Translations under genes and position numbers: made by a program
The notes under the pieces: generated by a model
Told to the model about the DNA's origin: nothing
The model's input: the letters and a program-made list of their open reading frames with translations, nothing else
Database searches by the model: none
Part shown: piece by piece, positions 1-13,644 of the stretch
Numbering within the stretch: position 1 is the stretch's first letter
How the letters are laid out: the number at the start of each line of letters is the position of its first letter
NCBI RefSeq assembly: GCF_009914755.1
Contig: NC_060935.1
Direction: 5' to 3' (one strand)
From: the human T2T-CHM13v2.0 reference genome, Homo sapiens
DNA: 64,000 nucleotides

Positions 1-369
1 ATATGCATGTGTGTGTTACAAGAAGTCATTTTAAAAAACAAACATGATGTTCATCTATTCAGATTGGTTTTATTTTGGAACTGTCTTCCTCTCATGTAAA
101 TGTATCCTTTTTAAAAAAGGCCATTAATGCTATTTACCTAGTAACACTTCAGTGTGTCAATAATATTACTTTTGTCAATAGAGCACTTAAGTAATTATTG
201 CCTTTTCTGGTATTAAGTATCTTCGCTGCATTTAAAGAAAAGCACCCATACATCTAAAGAAAAAGGTCCAAAAACATAAGGCAAGTTTTTACTTTCAACA
301 ATAAGTGTTACATTTCTCCAAAGATCCAAATTTCCTTTTAGCCTTGGGCCAAGAAGACAGACTGAGAGA

Positions 370-960
<591 letters not shown>

Positions 961-1439
961 AACTGAATTGTTTTAAAATGAAGATTTTTGCCTGGAATCT
1001 GGAAGAACAAGATGGAAATGAGTGTATGTTAACTGTTGTTATAAAGGAAACCTTTGTTATAATTGCAGCTCACTGGTAAGGTATCTCTTCTAGTATTTCA
1101 CACTTGGGCATAGCCTCCTATATAATACCCCTCTTGAAAGTAACCTATCCCTTACTGAGCTACGAAGAGTAAGAAGTCCCTCCTGGGTGAATAGAATCTT
1201 ATACCTTTTGCTATTCTGAATTCCTTAAGAGAGCCCAAATTCCTAAGCATTGCTCTGAGATAAAATTTAAAGGTTTTCCTTTAGGAGGGAAAATTAAATG
1301 CATGAGTCTGTATTCTTTTTGACAGTAGAAACCATGGCCAGTTTTTCTTTCTGTACCCTATAGTGTCTAATACTATGCTGTACCTGGCAGACAGAAGCTG
1401 TACAATAAATTATTGCTCTATTGCATGATGCTGAGTTAC

Positions 1440-1531
1440 ACATATGATGAGAGATATATGTATCTATGAAGTACATATATACAGAAATATGTATACACAT
1501 ATAGACATATATGCACATATGTATATGCACA
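1440..1531. repeat. Degenerate (TA)/(TATG)-rich simple repeat
   Basis: CATATATACAGAAATATGTATACACATATAGACATATATGCACATATGTATATGCAC. Confidence 0.7.
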
Positions 1532-3483
1532 CGCTTTTTTGCCTTTGAATGCCTTTATAATATCCCTGTGTTATTTCATAATAATTTATAGGAATATTTA
1601 ATGCCAGTCTTCAGACAAAACTATACTCTAGATAAATTGCAAACCCCAGACACCTGGGGCAATATGAAAACTGCCACCTTATTTTCGATATCCGGGGGTG
1701 GTTTCATTGAGAAGACAGATCCTTTTCTCTGTACCTTCCATTGCTAAGTGATTGTGCTTTGCTCCCAGGTAGAAAATGCCACTCTGTTCCTCCTCCTCCG
1801 ACCTCTTCCTCCTGTTTGAGTGGATTGTTTCTTCAGTTGCTCTTATTGTTGGAAGTGGTGAAGAAAAACAGTAAAAGGATGGGGGAAAATACTGCGGCTT
1901 TAATACTTGCTTAACATTTTACACAGCTTGACTTTCATAGTGATCTTTGACCAGTGTCTTTCATGCAGCCGGAAGCCCTGAGTTTTAGCCCAGTTTTGCT
2001 ATTTCCTGACTGAGTGGTTTGTATCTATAATGTCATGTAATGGAACCTACCTGGACCAACTATGAAAATCAAATGACGAAAGATGAATGTGAAAGTATAA
2101 AGCTTATCACAAGTAAAATCCCGCTTTTAGAGATGTAAGCATAGTACCCCTACTATGGTGGAACTGGTTAAAGCCTTTATTTGTGCAAATGAGCAGCAAG
2201 TCCCCTTTCCCAGACAGGCATGGCCATAGTGGAAGACTCCCGGCTACAATGCAGGTCTATGGAAGATTCAGACTGAGAATTCTGAGTGCATACCCAAGCC
2301 TCTGTGTGCTAAAGCCCTTGGCTCCAACTCTTGAGTTGCCAAAAGTTGCACGCCCCTTCCCCTGCCTCCATCCAGACTGTCAGACTAAACTATGACCGTG
2401 TAACTGAGTTAATTGCAAAATGCCATAAAGAACATACCTGATGTCAAGTGGACCAAAACTGTTAGAAGGAAAATGTAGTGCCTCTATAACATCTTTTACT
2501 TGACTACCAACGCTAAAGGGACCAGCCCTGGATTTGTCTGGTTTCCTATTTTGTCTTTGGTGCCTGGCACATAATAGGCACCAAAGATGTCTTGAAGAAC
2601 TATTGTCACAGCAGCTTATCTCCTCTGCAGAATAGCAAGTGGAAACTGAGACACGTGGTAGAAATGAATTAGGTTCTCACATGAGGGATGGGAGCAGGGC
2701 TGCGGAATGAGAGGCAGGTTATATTCTGATTAAGGATGATCTAAATTTTTCTTTTAATTTCAATGCGAGCAGTATTCTTTACACCTAGACTAATAAATGA
2801 GACAAGAGACATTGCGGGGAGGGAGCTGTGTAATAATATAGTTGTCAAGTGGGGATGGGACCTTTTAACATTCGATGTAGTATTTGCAGCCAGCTGCGTT
2901 AAACAGCATGCTGCCATGAGACTTGGGGACTATGTGAACCACACACACATATATGTTTGCTCTTTGCCAATACTTGCCCATAATATCACTGGGCAAAACC
3001 ACTGCTTACTGCATCCTTTAAAGCATGAGTAAACATCGAGAACATTTCTCCTTCTAACTCACTTCTGCTTCAAAACTGGTTCTGTGAGACATCTGCTGTA
3101 AGAATGAACCATTTATCCTCCAAACAAGTGACAAGAAGAACACAGAATTTATTTTCTTTTAATCTGGAGTTTAAGTACTCCGATAGGACTGATGAATTTT
3201 AATAGTCTTGCAATATGATATATAATCAGGCCCTTGCTTCCTTCAACCTAAGTTCCTCAAATGTGAACCCCAGCTTCAACTTAGGTTGTAAAGACTTTAA
3301 GCTTACCAAGGGCACAGTTTCATATTTGCCAGTTAGGATTTCATCTGACTCATCTGGACAAATGACAGGAGCAAATCCGATTTGCCAGAACTGTAGACCT
3401 CATTAACCCCTTCTCTCTATTGGTTTATCCATTCAACACATTTACTAAGAATCTCCTATGCCAAGCACTGTGTGGTTAATAGA

Positions 3484-3778
3484 TTTTTTTTTTTTTTTTT
3501 TTGAGCTGGAGTTTCATTCTTGTTGCCCAGGCTGGAGTGCAATGGCACGATCTCAGCAACCTCTGCCTCCCCAGTTCAAGTGATTCTCCTGCCTCGGCCT
3601 CCTGAGTAGCTGGGACTACAGGTCCCATGCCACCACGCCCGGATAAGTTTGTATTTTTAGTAGAGACAGGGTTTCTCCATGTTGGCCAGGCTGGTCTCAA
3701 ACTCTGACCTCAGGTGATCCACCCGCCTCGGCCTCCCAAAGTGCTGAGATTACAGGTGTGAGCCACTGTGCCCGGCCA
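3484..3778 (-). mobile_element. AluS
   Basis: Poly-T followed by an Alu dimer; AGATTTTTT on both flanks. Confidence 0.95.
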
Positions 3779-4333
3779 GAGATTTTTTAAAAAGCCTATA
3801 GTCTAATTATGAACTTGAGATGAACCTTCAAGGGACCTTTGGAAAAGAAATGGTAGGTAAATTTAAGATCAAATATCTGATTTGCGGATATACCTGAGGC
3901 AAATACAAAGAAGGGAGAAGCTAAAATATAAATCCAGGAGAACAAGCTCACAGTCTATTAGTGAGAGCAGACGTGAAACAAGTAAGTGACCATAAACTCT
4001 AACAAGCACAAGAGAGATCCCGAGAAGGGAGTAATTACTTCTGTTGGGAAGGGACTAGATAGCCAGGTATGATAAACTTCTAGTAGGAGAGGTTCCCAAA
4101 CAGAATTCTGAGCGGTTAATAGGAACTTGTGTATCAGTGTGTATGTGGGAGGTAGGGTGGGGACTCTGGGCAGAATTCAGTGTGTTAAAGGCACAGAGGT
4201 ATGAAATGGGATGAGCAGAGAACTCAGTGCTGCTTGGTACTGACTGAAGGTGAGATGGACAGAAATGGATGATGGGTGAGGTGGGGAAGTAAGCAGGGAA
4301 CTTGTATGCTGTGCTAAGAAGTTTTGGACTCGA

Positions 4334-4650
<317 letters not shown>

Positions 4651-6967
4651 TCATGAAGGGGTTTTCAGCAAGGGTGTAAAGTGGTGAAGCTTGTTTTAGA
4701 GACATCACTCTGGCAGCCATTTGTAGACATATTGGAGGGAGCCAATTTAAAGGCAGGGAGATGAGCTAGAGGGCCGCTGCAATAGTTTCTAAGACATGGT
4801 GACATGATATGATATGTGCCACTCAGCAAGGTGACAACAAGTCACCTGCTCACCGTGTGCCTCAGCTGGCCCCATTTATGCAGAGGGATCATTATGAATG
4901 TGTGATGAACCTTCAAAGGGACCTTCGGAAAAGACATGGCAGGTACATTTAAGATCAAATATTCTTCTTAGTGGATATACCAGAGGCAGATAGATGGAAG
5001 AAATTAAAGATAAATCCAAGAGAACAAACTCCTTCCTGTGCGCTCCGACCACCATGGCGCCCAAGCACAATGAATCCTATCCGTCCTGCACAGCATAGCA
5101 GCTGGCTGTGAGGGATGTTTCAGATGAGAGGTTCTAGAGGTGGGAGCCCCATTTCCCAACCCTTCTGTTTTTTCATTCAAGGCAGCAGCCTCAGAGTAGA
5201 TCAGCGGGGCCAGCCTCGTGGCCCTCTGACATTCTCCCCCTGTGGCTTCCAAAAAAGATCTGGACTGACCTTCCCACCCCTGGAGCTGAGCTTGAGAAGT
5301 CAGCTTGCCTGGAATTGAATTTTTTCAGTAGTAAAAAAGGTGGAGAGCAAGTAGTAAGTATCCCAAAGAACTCAACATCTTGCAGCAAGGGGAGACAGGA
5401 GAGTGGGTGGGGGCAACCAGGCTGAGGCTAACAGCAGACTTCTGTACCGGCAGACTTCGCTGACATTGTTGTCCACCCTGTGACTGGTAGGGACTCCCTG
5501 CTTCTAGGGGCAGAGGCCTTAAGAAAGGAAAAGAAAGTCAGAACCATTCTTGCAAGAAGGGGAGAAACCAGGGCCCTCAGGAGGCCACAGCCAAGACTAT
5601 CTCCAGAGCCATCAGCAATCTCTCTGACCTGCCAAAAGCTCCTCCCCGCTTCCCTGGTTAATAGGATGAGATCACCAGGCAAAAGAATATGATGAAGCAT
5701 TTCACTTATATAGTATTTTTCTTTCCAAACACTTAATAAGCCTCTCTGGTCTCGCTGATCTTGCATTCTTCCCGTGAAAGGGGCCAGGGATCCATGCTTG
5801 GCATTTCAGAGTTTGCGCGGCTTGAGAGATCATCTAGTCTGCTTCCCTCACTTTTAGAGTTATGGGAACTGAAGTCCAGGGAAGTGAAATCGCTTGCTGG
5901 GATCACAGGGATGCCTCTCCCTCCTCCCAGCCCCGTACACTTTCTGCTAGGCTTATGCTGCTGTTCCGTCCATTTTGCACAAGAGAGGGGGTTCCAGAGT
6001 GGGGGAATAGAGTTGGAATTAGAAATTAGTTTTGTGTCACTGGCTTACAGGTGCTCTTAAACCTTAACAGGTTTAACATCCTCTGTAAAATGGGACTAGT
6101 GTCACCTCAACACCTACCTTGCAAAGTTGATTATTGGGAATCACACTTGTGTAAGCGGTATAGTCTTGGCAAACAGTAGGTGCTAAATAATGTCTGGCTG
6201 GAGGAATGGAGCCCTGTTCGCATATGGCATTCATCCAGCCAGTGTGTGGAGCTGGGGGAGGGATAGGCACGACTCCTGAAGCAGGAGGCCCAGTACGCGC
6301 CCAGGCTAGCCAGCCAGCCCTCCCCGGGGAATGCAACGTCCAGAACAGTCTATAGTCCCGATAGTATGCCTCATGCGTGAGACCTGACCAAGGACGTCTG
6401 TGAACAAACCCTTCACAGAGAGCTTAATGAGATTGTGGGAGTGCTGGTGGTTGGGTGTGGGGATACAGGCCATTGAAGGTGAGAGGGCCGGTGTGATCAG
6501 TTTGGTGGTCTGCCCAAGACAGAGACTCTGCGGGTTGGATAAGAGGGAGCTAATAGGTTTGAGGGGGTCACGTGTCCCTTGCCCTCCCTCCTATTCCCCC
6601 AGGACTCCCTCTTCACCCAGCCTCCTCCTAAGGGCAACTCTGTTGTATTAGGATGAACCACACGGTGTACTGAAATGAACCGCGCGTCAGAAAGCGGGGT
6701 TGCCTCCTGGGTCCTGCCACTTGCTCCCCGTGTGTTCTTGGCCTGGTCCCTTCACCTCTCCTAGCCTCAGGATCTTCATGCGTAACATGAGATCCTCCCA
6801 AGATGTTGGTATGTATACAACAGTGCTCTGGAATGACTCCATGCAAGCTGTTGCTCTTCAGTCTCCTGAACAAGGTGCTCTTGTCTCGTCCCATGAAACC
6901 TCCACCTCTCCATCTTCCGCACCACTGAGGCCGCAGTCTCTTCTAACGGGGCACGCTCGTCCCCCGC

Positions 6968-6998
6968 GCTGTTTCCCGAATGCCACCAGGGGGCGCCC
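6968..6998 (+). promoter_or_regulatory. CTCF site (core plus upstream-motif-like element)
   Basis: GCCACCAGGGGGCGCC at 6982-6997 matches the CTCF core CCASYAGRKGGCRS exactly; preceded by GCTGTTTCC (6968-6976), resembling the ZF9-11 upstream motif. Confidence 0.8.
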
Positions 6999-7273
6999 CT
7001 TGCTCGCTGAAGCCGCCGGGCTAATAACTCCTCGGGGCCGGGGCGGGCTGCCCCTTTGCGCAGGGCGGTGGAGTGTGCGGGCTGCGCCGGGTTCCCCACC
7101 TGAGGTCCGTACCTCGCAGAGCCCGCTTGGCCGCGCGCCCCTAGCCTCTGCCGGGCGCCGCTCCCCAGCCGGGCGCCTCTCGCTCGGCCCCGGGCCCCCG
7201 GGCAGCCGCAAGTTTGCCCCCGGCCGCGCGGACCCGCGCCCGCCCTGCCCGCAGCAGCCCCCGCCGTTCCCGC

Positions 7274-7291
7274 CGCCCCCGCCGCCCCCGC
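7274..7291 (-). promoter_or_regulatory. Tandem EGR-family/GC-box sites
   Basis: CGCCCCCGC twice back-to-back (reverse complement GCGGGGGCG, the EGR consensus), ~200 bp upstream of the putative TSS. Confidence 0.5.
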
Positions 7292-7496
7292 GCCTGGGCT
7301 CCCGGGCGACGCTCCGAGGGGCGCTGGGGGGCGCGTGCAGCTGCCCGCGGGGCTCCGGCCCGGCCCCGAAGGGGCGCCCCCCCGGCCGGCCGTGCGCGGG
7401 GCCGCAGCAGTTCCCCAGCTGCCCGCCGGGCGGCGCCCCGCGCCTCGCCGCGCTCCTCCCGCGCTCCCCGCGCCGGGCTCGCTCGCAGCCGGACAC

Positions 7497-7636
7497 AGAC
7501 TGCCTTCAGCTGCGGGCGGATCGGGCTGGAGCCGCCACGGCTGCTGCGGAAGAGGAAAAACGGCCAACAGCAGCCCCGCGGCCGGCCCGGCAGCGCCCGG
7601 CCCCCGGCTCAGCCCCCGGAGTGCGGAGCCGACCAG
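7497..7636 (+). other. GRIK4: Non-coding first exon (5'UTR); start approximate; tentatively GRIK4 exon 1
   Basis: Ends at CCAG|GTAAGG (GT at 7637-7638); no ATG in the exon; purine-richer than the flanks; followed by C-rich intron. Gene identity is recalled from memory of the GRIK4 5' end and its intronic CpG island about 52 kb downstream, not from a search. Confidence 0.6.
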
Positions 7637-10600
7637 GTAAGGGCAGCGGCCCCCCGCGGCGCCCCCGGCCTGCTCCCTGCGCTGCCCCCGCGCCCCCGAG
7701 TCCCCTCCGCGCTGGCCCTTCCCGCACCCCGACTTCTGACGTCTCCGCCGCTCCTGCCCTCGGGGGCCGCGGCCCCGCACCCCTGCCCCGGCCCCCGCCC
7801 CCGCGCCCTCCTCCCCGCTCCCGCCTCCCGCCAGCCCGGTCCCTGGCACTTCGGTCCCTGCGTCTCCAGATTCGCCGCCGAACCCCCCACCGCTCTGCTC
7901 CCGTAGTTCCTCCAGTCTTCACCCCGGTCCGTCTCCCTCCCTCCGCATCCCTTCCCCGGGCTCGCGGTCCTCCCGCTCTGGTCCTCCCCCTCCCCGTGCA
8001 ACTCCCAGCCCTGCCTCTGTCCCCTGCAGGGATGACAGCCCCTTCCCAGCCTGGCGCGTCTCCCCTACACCTCGTCACCCTCCGCTTCTCCCAGCGCCTC
8101 TGTTCCCCGGCTGCAGCCCCCCATCCCGGCTCAGCCTGGCATCCCACCAAGCCCCCTCCCCCTTTCCTCACTGCCATCTGCCTCGACTGCCCCCTGCCCC
8201 TGCACTGGACTCGGGCCACCACCACACCCCCCCACCCTGCACACCGCCTTGCTTGGGGGAACCAGCGTCCTATCAGAAATGATCCTCTTTCCCGGGGAGA
8301 ATGGGGCTCCCACCCATCCCACCCTAGTTCATCCGAGTGGGAAGTGAGGGAGAAACTCTAGAGACCTGCAATGGGCGCGTGATGGGGGAGGGGGCTGGGG
8401 CGGAGGGGGAGGGGAGCTGATTTAGATTCTCTTCAGTGAGGACTGGCAGAGCTGTGCGCTCCGACCTGGCTGGGGTGGAGGGCGTGCAGGCGACAGCTGG
8501 GACAGGGGGTTCAAGGCACTGAGAGCACCTGTGTCTCTTTCCCTGGCTCCCTTGAGCTGAGCAAAGTGAGGGGAGGAGTTGGAGCCTGGGGAGAGTTGGC
8601 TGAGGGCCTTGGGGTGGTGGAGGAGGCGGCCGAGGGGGCTGGGCCCCGGGCGCCTCTGGCCCGTCTGCCTGGCAGTGGTGGGGCAATGCGGGCCGAGCCA
8701 CTCCCGGGCTGGACCTTGGGCTGCGTGGCTCTTGGCATCTGTACTTGATGCTGCCATCTTCCTCTTGGTGCTGTTGTCTGGTGATGCCACGCGGTGCCAC
8801 CTCCCTGCCTCCCTCCAGTGGCTCTCCTGGGCATGTCTCCCAAGGGTCTGGGTTGTCTGGGAAGAGGAGGGGAGCTCTGAGCACAGCTGGGCCCTTTTGC
8901 CAGGCAGTGGGCAGCTGTCAAGACCAGGCCAAGAGGTCTGAGGGCTGGTCAGGAGGACTGAGCCCTGCCAGGAACAAAGAACTACCTTCACTTTCACTCC
9001 CTATGGGTCACCTGGTTGGTAGTGACACTTCTAGGAGCACCGGGAAACTGCGGGCGTGGTATCTCCGGGGAGAGAGGCCGCCTGGGTTGGTAGTGGGCAT
9101 CTGAGAGACAAATCCGGTCCTGCCTGACTCCCTGACTGTCTGTGCTCGCGTGGTCAGGGGCGAGGGGCTTGTCGAGGTCCACTGTGTTCCGGTCCCACCA
9201 GGGATGGCAGCCCCTGGAATTCCACTGGGCGTCATCATGCTGGCTTTATTTGCTGAAGCTGCAGCTCAGGCTTCATCATTAATCAGGTTTATTATTTTTC
9301 TCACTGGCCAGATGTGTTCCTCAAGGTCACGACCCTTCGGAGAGTTAATCTAATATGCACACATTACAGTGTCTGGGTTTGTTTAATTTTCCATATTTTG
9401 TTCATTCCTTGTGGCCCGGGCTTGCCCACCAGCCTCCCGCCTGCCTCACCAGCTCCACCCCTCTGTCCTCCTCTGGACCTGCCACCTGAAACCCAGAGGC
9501 AGCACTGGTCCCTCCGGGTGGGGAAGAGGTGGATGCTCGGGAGGGGAGGTTGAGAGGGGATCTTGGTTTTCTGTGTTTTTCCCATCCCCCTACCTGGGCA
9601 TCTTGATCGGTGGCTGCTGTCTTCCCCAGCAATGAAAATTCTTCCGAGAGCCTGGGTCGGCTTCGTGGTCTGATTTCCACTTTGGTTTTCCCTTAGGATG
9701 GAGAGGGAACTTTAGTACCGGGAGAGAGGCAGAGACTCTAGGAGAAAGTCCCAGCTGCAGGGAGTCAGGGCATCCAGGAGAGAGGAGCTCAGCTGCTTCT
9801 GAGGTGGTTCTCAGCCATCCAGAGATGGAAGGGAGGACAGGGGGACCGGCCCTGGGTTGGGGGAGAGACTGCTCAGAAGGCAAGAGAAGCAGCGAGGCGG
9901 AAGCTGGCCTTTGTGTGGCTGGCGAGGGTGGGCAGCGCCAAGCGTGTGTGGGAAGGATGCATCTCTTGGTGCTTCTGCATAGTACTAATCCCTTATGTGT
10001 GTATGGGGTTCTGCAGCATTCCAGATGCCTCTCAGAACAATTACTTCATTTGATCTCTACTACAGCCCTGCAAGCATCTGATCGCTCCTTACAGACAGCC
10101 TTATAAGGAGGCATTCATGACCCAACAGAAACTGAGGCTCAGAGAGGCTGGATGCCTCATCCAAGGCTCCACAGCTGGGTCCCAGGCCCCTGGACGCTCA
10201 GTCCAGTGCTGTTGGGCTCGTTGCTGTTGCTTTTTAAGGTCTCAGCTGTTTGGTTCTCAGAAAGCCCACCCTTGGTCCTGCCTGTTCCTCAGTTCATCCC
10301 CTTCGCCCTCTCCAGTGATGGCTCACCGTTTTCACCCCCACCCCAGGCCTGGTGGAGTCTTTGCTCTGTAGTCTCCTCAGCCTTAGACTGGCTGCCTGGG
10401 TGTCCCGCCACTCCCTAGACCCAACCAACCACCCCCTACCCCAAGTGGGCACTGCCTCTTGCCTCCTCCTTGTGGAAAGAACGGCTGGGTTCCCCCAGGC
10501 ATGCAGCCGGGGTGCCTGGGGCACCCTCCTTCCCTCTCTCTGGTGCCTTAGGCCTCAGCCCACTCAGTTCTTCTGGGCACTTCGAGTGTCCACTCCGACC

Positions 10601-10999
10601 TTTGCTCTCCCACTGCCGTGGTCCCTACTTGGGCCTTTGGCTGTTCACCCTGAGTTACGGTCCTGAAAGCTTCCTTGTTGGGCCTCCAGCCTCAGTTTCC
10701 AGCCATCCTGCCGCTGTGCCTGTCTTCTTACAGAGGGTAACGCTTCTCACAGGGGACCCTGTCTCAGCAGCCGTCAGTGGCAGTGCCTTCCAAGATGCCT
10801 TGCAGGTGAAGGCCCTCTGCACGCTGACCCCAACTTTATGTCACAACGTGGTGTCTGGCATGATCTTGTCCCCCCTCCCCCGGCCACCCAGCCCTGGCAC
10901 TGTGTGTCCTCACCCTGGCCCTTTGCATTTCCTCCTCTTTTCCTCCCATCCATATATTGCCCAGCCTTCAAGGTGCTGCTGGAAGAGGAACCAGTTCCA

Positions 11000-11230
11000 G
11001 CTACCAAGTATCAGGCAGACCTGGGTTCCTGTCCTCACATCACTCCCTGCATGACCTCGGACAAGTTGCCTCACCTCTCTGAGCCTCACTGCCCTCACCT
11101 GTAAAATGGGGACTCTGAGCCTCACTGGCCTCACCTGTAAAATGGGGATAAATCTCACCTGCTTCAGAGGGTTAGCAGCATGGAATGTGAGTGGGAGTGT
11201 GACTCGTCCAGTGTGAAGGGCACCTGCATG
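11000..11230 (+). mobile_element. MIR with an internal 36-bp tandem duplication
   Basis: MIR core CTCTGAGCCTCA...CTGTAAAATGGGGA present twice (11077-11112, 11113-11148). Confidence 0.8.
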
Positions 11231-13644
11231 GGTATGGAGGGCACATTCTCTGAGTGGCCGCCTTCTGCTCTCCCTCTGTATGGGCTGGCTGAGCCCCCTG
11301 CTCCTACCTGGTATTGGTAATCGTCTGTCCGTTTGTCTCCCCACCCAGAGGGCAGATTCCTGGAGGAGCAAGGCCTTTGCCTGACACCTTTTCACATTCT
11401 CTGACTCCCAGCAGAGCGAGGCTGTTCTTCAACATCCTGTAAATCGGCCCTCTTCATAGTAAGGACATAAGATATAGTTGTTGCTTGATTATAACGTTCT
11501 GTTACATAAAATAGGGTATGCCTTACATTTAGTAAATCCAGTATGAACAAAAAACTTATGCCACAGTTGCAGGCTGGGTAAATTATGGGAAGGAAGGAAG
11601 GAATCAATGTAACATTGTATTGACTGCGTACTCCGTTTGTTTCGCTCAGTCAGTCCAGCTACCCGGCGAGTTAGCTGTGGGCATCTCCTTTTCCACAGAT
11701 GAGGAAGGGAGTCCCAGGAGGTCACACACTCTGTCCCACATCCCAGACTGGTGAGTGCGGTAGGACCCCAGCTTCTTCCCCTACACTTGGGCATCCTCTG
11801 CCTTAAAAACCAAGAGGGAGACACTTTTTGATTCATCACAGGTTTTCTTTAAACAACTGAGCACTCAAGTCATTTACACAGAGCCCAGCAGGGATGGGGC
11901 GGTTGTGGAGTCCCCTGTTTGGGGGGTGGGCAGGACCCTTCTCTCCCACAGGGTGATAGTTTGGGTGGATAGCACACCAAGACACCCGGTCTCTGGGAAC
12001 ATGGCGTGTGTGTTGATTGCACCTGCCACCAGCATTCAGACCTGGCAGGAGCTGGCAGGGGTGCTCAGGAATGGGGGAAGGAAGACTCACAGTGAGGAGG
12101 CTGAGAAGGGGCTGTGCAGGCAGGATGAGGGGAGAGAGGATGATCTGAGGACTGGGCGCTCGGGCACAGGACGAGGCAAGTGGGAGAAGAGTCCCGTGTG
12201 CAGCAGAAGGCTGGAGTCAGGGAGCAGCGGATTGTCACGGTAGACGGGGTGGGTAGAACTGCTGGAATCCAAGAGGGCCCTGGCCACCAAACAGAGAAGG
12301 CTCAGGTCAGTGCAGCAGGCTCGGGGGAGCCGGTGAAGATTCGTGGGCAGAGGAGTGCTGTGCAGAAGCGCGGGTTGAGGGCTGGGCCTGGGCGCTGGTG
12401 ACAGTGAGGCGAAAGGGGGGTAAGCTTGAATGACATTTTCAAGAACAGCAGAGCGCGCTGACAGATTGGATGCAGCAGATGAAGGAGCCGGAAGTGTCAG
12501 AGATAACTTTGAGATTTCCAGTGCTGGAGACCAGGGGGATGGGCGATGCGAGGGGAGTAGGGAAGCCGGAGGGGGAAGCAGGTCTGAGGGAAAGCTGACA
12601 GTGCGTGCCTGGATGCGCTGTGCCTGAGGAGGAGCCTGGAGCCATCGGGGCTCACCCTGGGCGGCGGCTGCTGCGTTCCTGGGCTAGGATTGCTGCCTCG
12701 ATTTCCGCCCTATAAACAAAGGCATAGAGTAAACTCTACTTCACGGAGCTCCCAGTTGAGTGTGATAGTCCTGTGAAGGCCCCCAGGAGGGAGTGGGAAG
12801 GGGCCGGCCCCTAGCACAGAGGAGTTGTAGTGGTGGCCTGGGAGCGTGACTAGGGAGTAGACACAGGTTTAGAATTGGAGTTTAAGGGCCAGAGTTAAAG
12901 AGGAGGATTTAATAGAATGAGAAATCAATAGCCCAGAGGAGGTTAAGTTGTGTAAGTGAGAGGCTGACTGCAAGGCACGCTTAATGAAAAAGAAAAGTTT
13001 AAGAAGGCGTGGAAGATAGGGCACATCTGGAGGCAGGGGAAGCCGGTATTGGCCGGTTTCTGCTCTCCCTGTTCTCCAGCCGGGGGAGGCTGCTGAGAAG
13101 GGAGGTTGTGTTCTGGGAGTGAGTGAAGGGCATTTCCTGTGTCTCCCTCCCAACCTCCATTGCTCCCCCTGAGGCTGTGTGGTGCAATGGTTGGCCTGGC
13201 CACTTCCAGATCAGGTACATAGGACAAATCCCAGCTTTTCCAGTTCCAGCAGTGCAACTTTGGGCACAAAGCTATGCAAGCCCACCCTGGCCTCCATGAC
13301 TCTCGGCAGCTGTGCTGAGCACGAGTCCGTGGCAGCAGTGGTTATTAGTAGTTATTATTGTGTTGCATCCTCATAGTGTCTCTCCTAGCCCAGTCCGGTT
13401 CCTAAGACTCTACGGAATAGTGTCTCTAGCAAGGCTGGTGAAAGGATGGGGATTTGGGAGGCAGCAAAGCTATATATATTTTTTTTAATCAGAAAAGTCT
13501 ATAGTGGGTTTAGTCCAAGCCCCAGAGAGACGAGGGGCCCAAAGCCCAGGGTGTTTAAGTCACTTGTCCAAGCAGTGTAACGGGAGTGGCAGAGCTGGAT
13601 CCAGCATAAGCCCAGGGCTCCAGGCTTCCCAGCCTGTGTCTTTT

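Larger units (their letters stand above)
6940..8010 (+). promoter_or_regulatory. CpG island promoter of a + strand gene (tentatively GRIK4)
   Basis: Abrupt switch to very GC-rich, CpG-dense sequence; many GC boxes; no TATA box; contains a strong 5' splice donor at 7637. Confidence 0.9.

Noticed and set aside
8005-8040. Acceptor-like CCTGCCTCTGTCCCCTGCAG followed by GGATG
   Set aside because: The whole region is pyrimidine-rich, so such matches are expected; no nearby convincing donor defines an exon.
6700-8361. 553-aa + ORF and overlapping 357/239/230/212-aa ORFs
   Set aside because: The 553-aa ORF starts at TTG; all are Pro/Arg/Ala/Gly low-complexity, open in several frames on both strands, and several run through the splice donor. 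This is the expected stop-codon scarcity of a CpG island.
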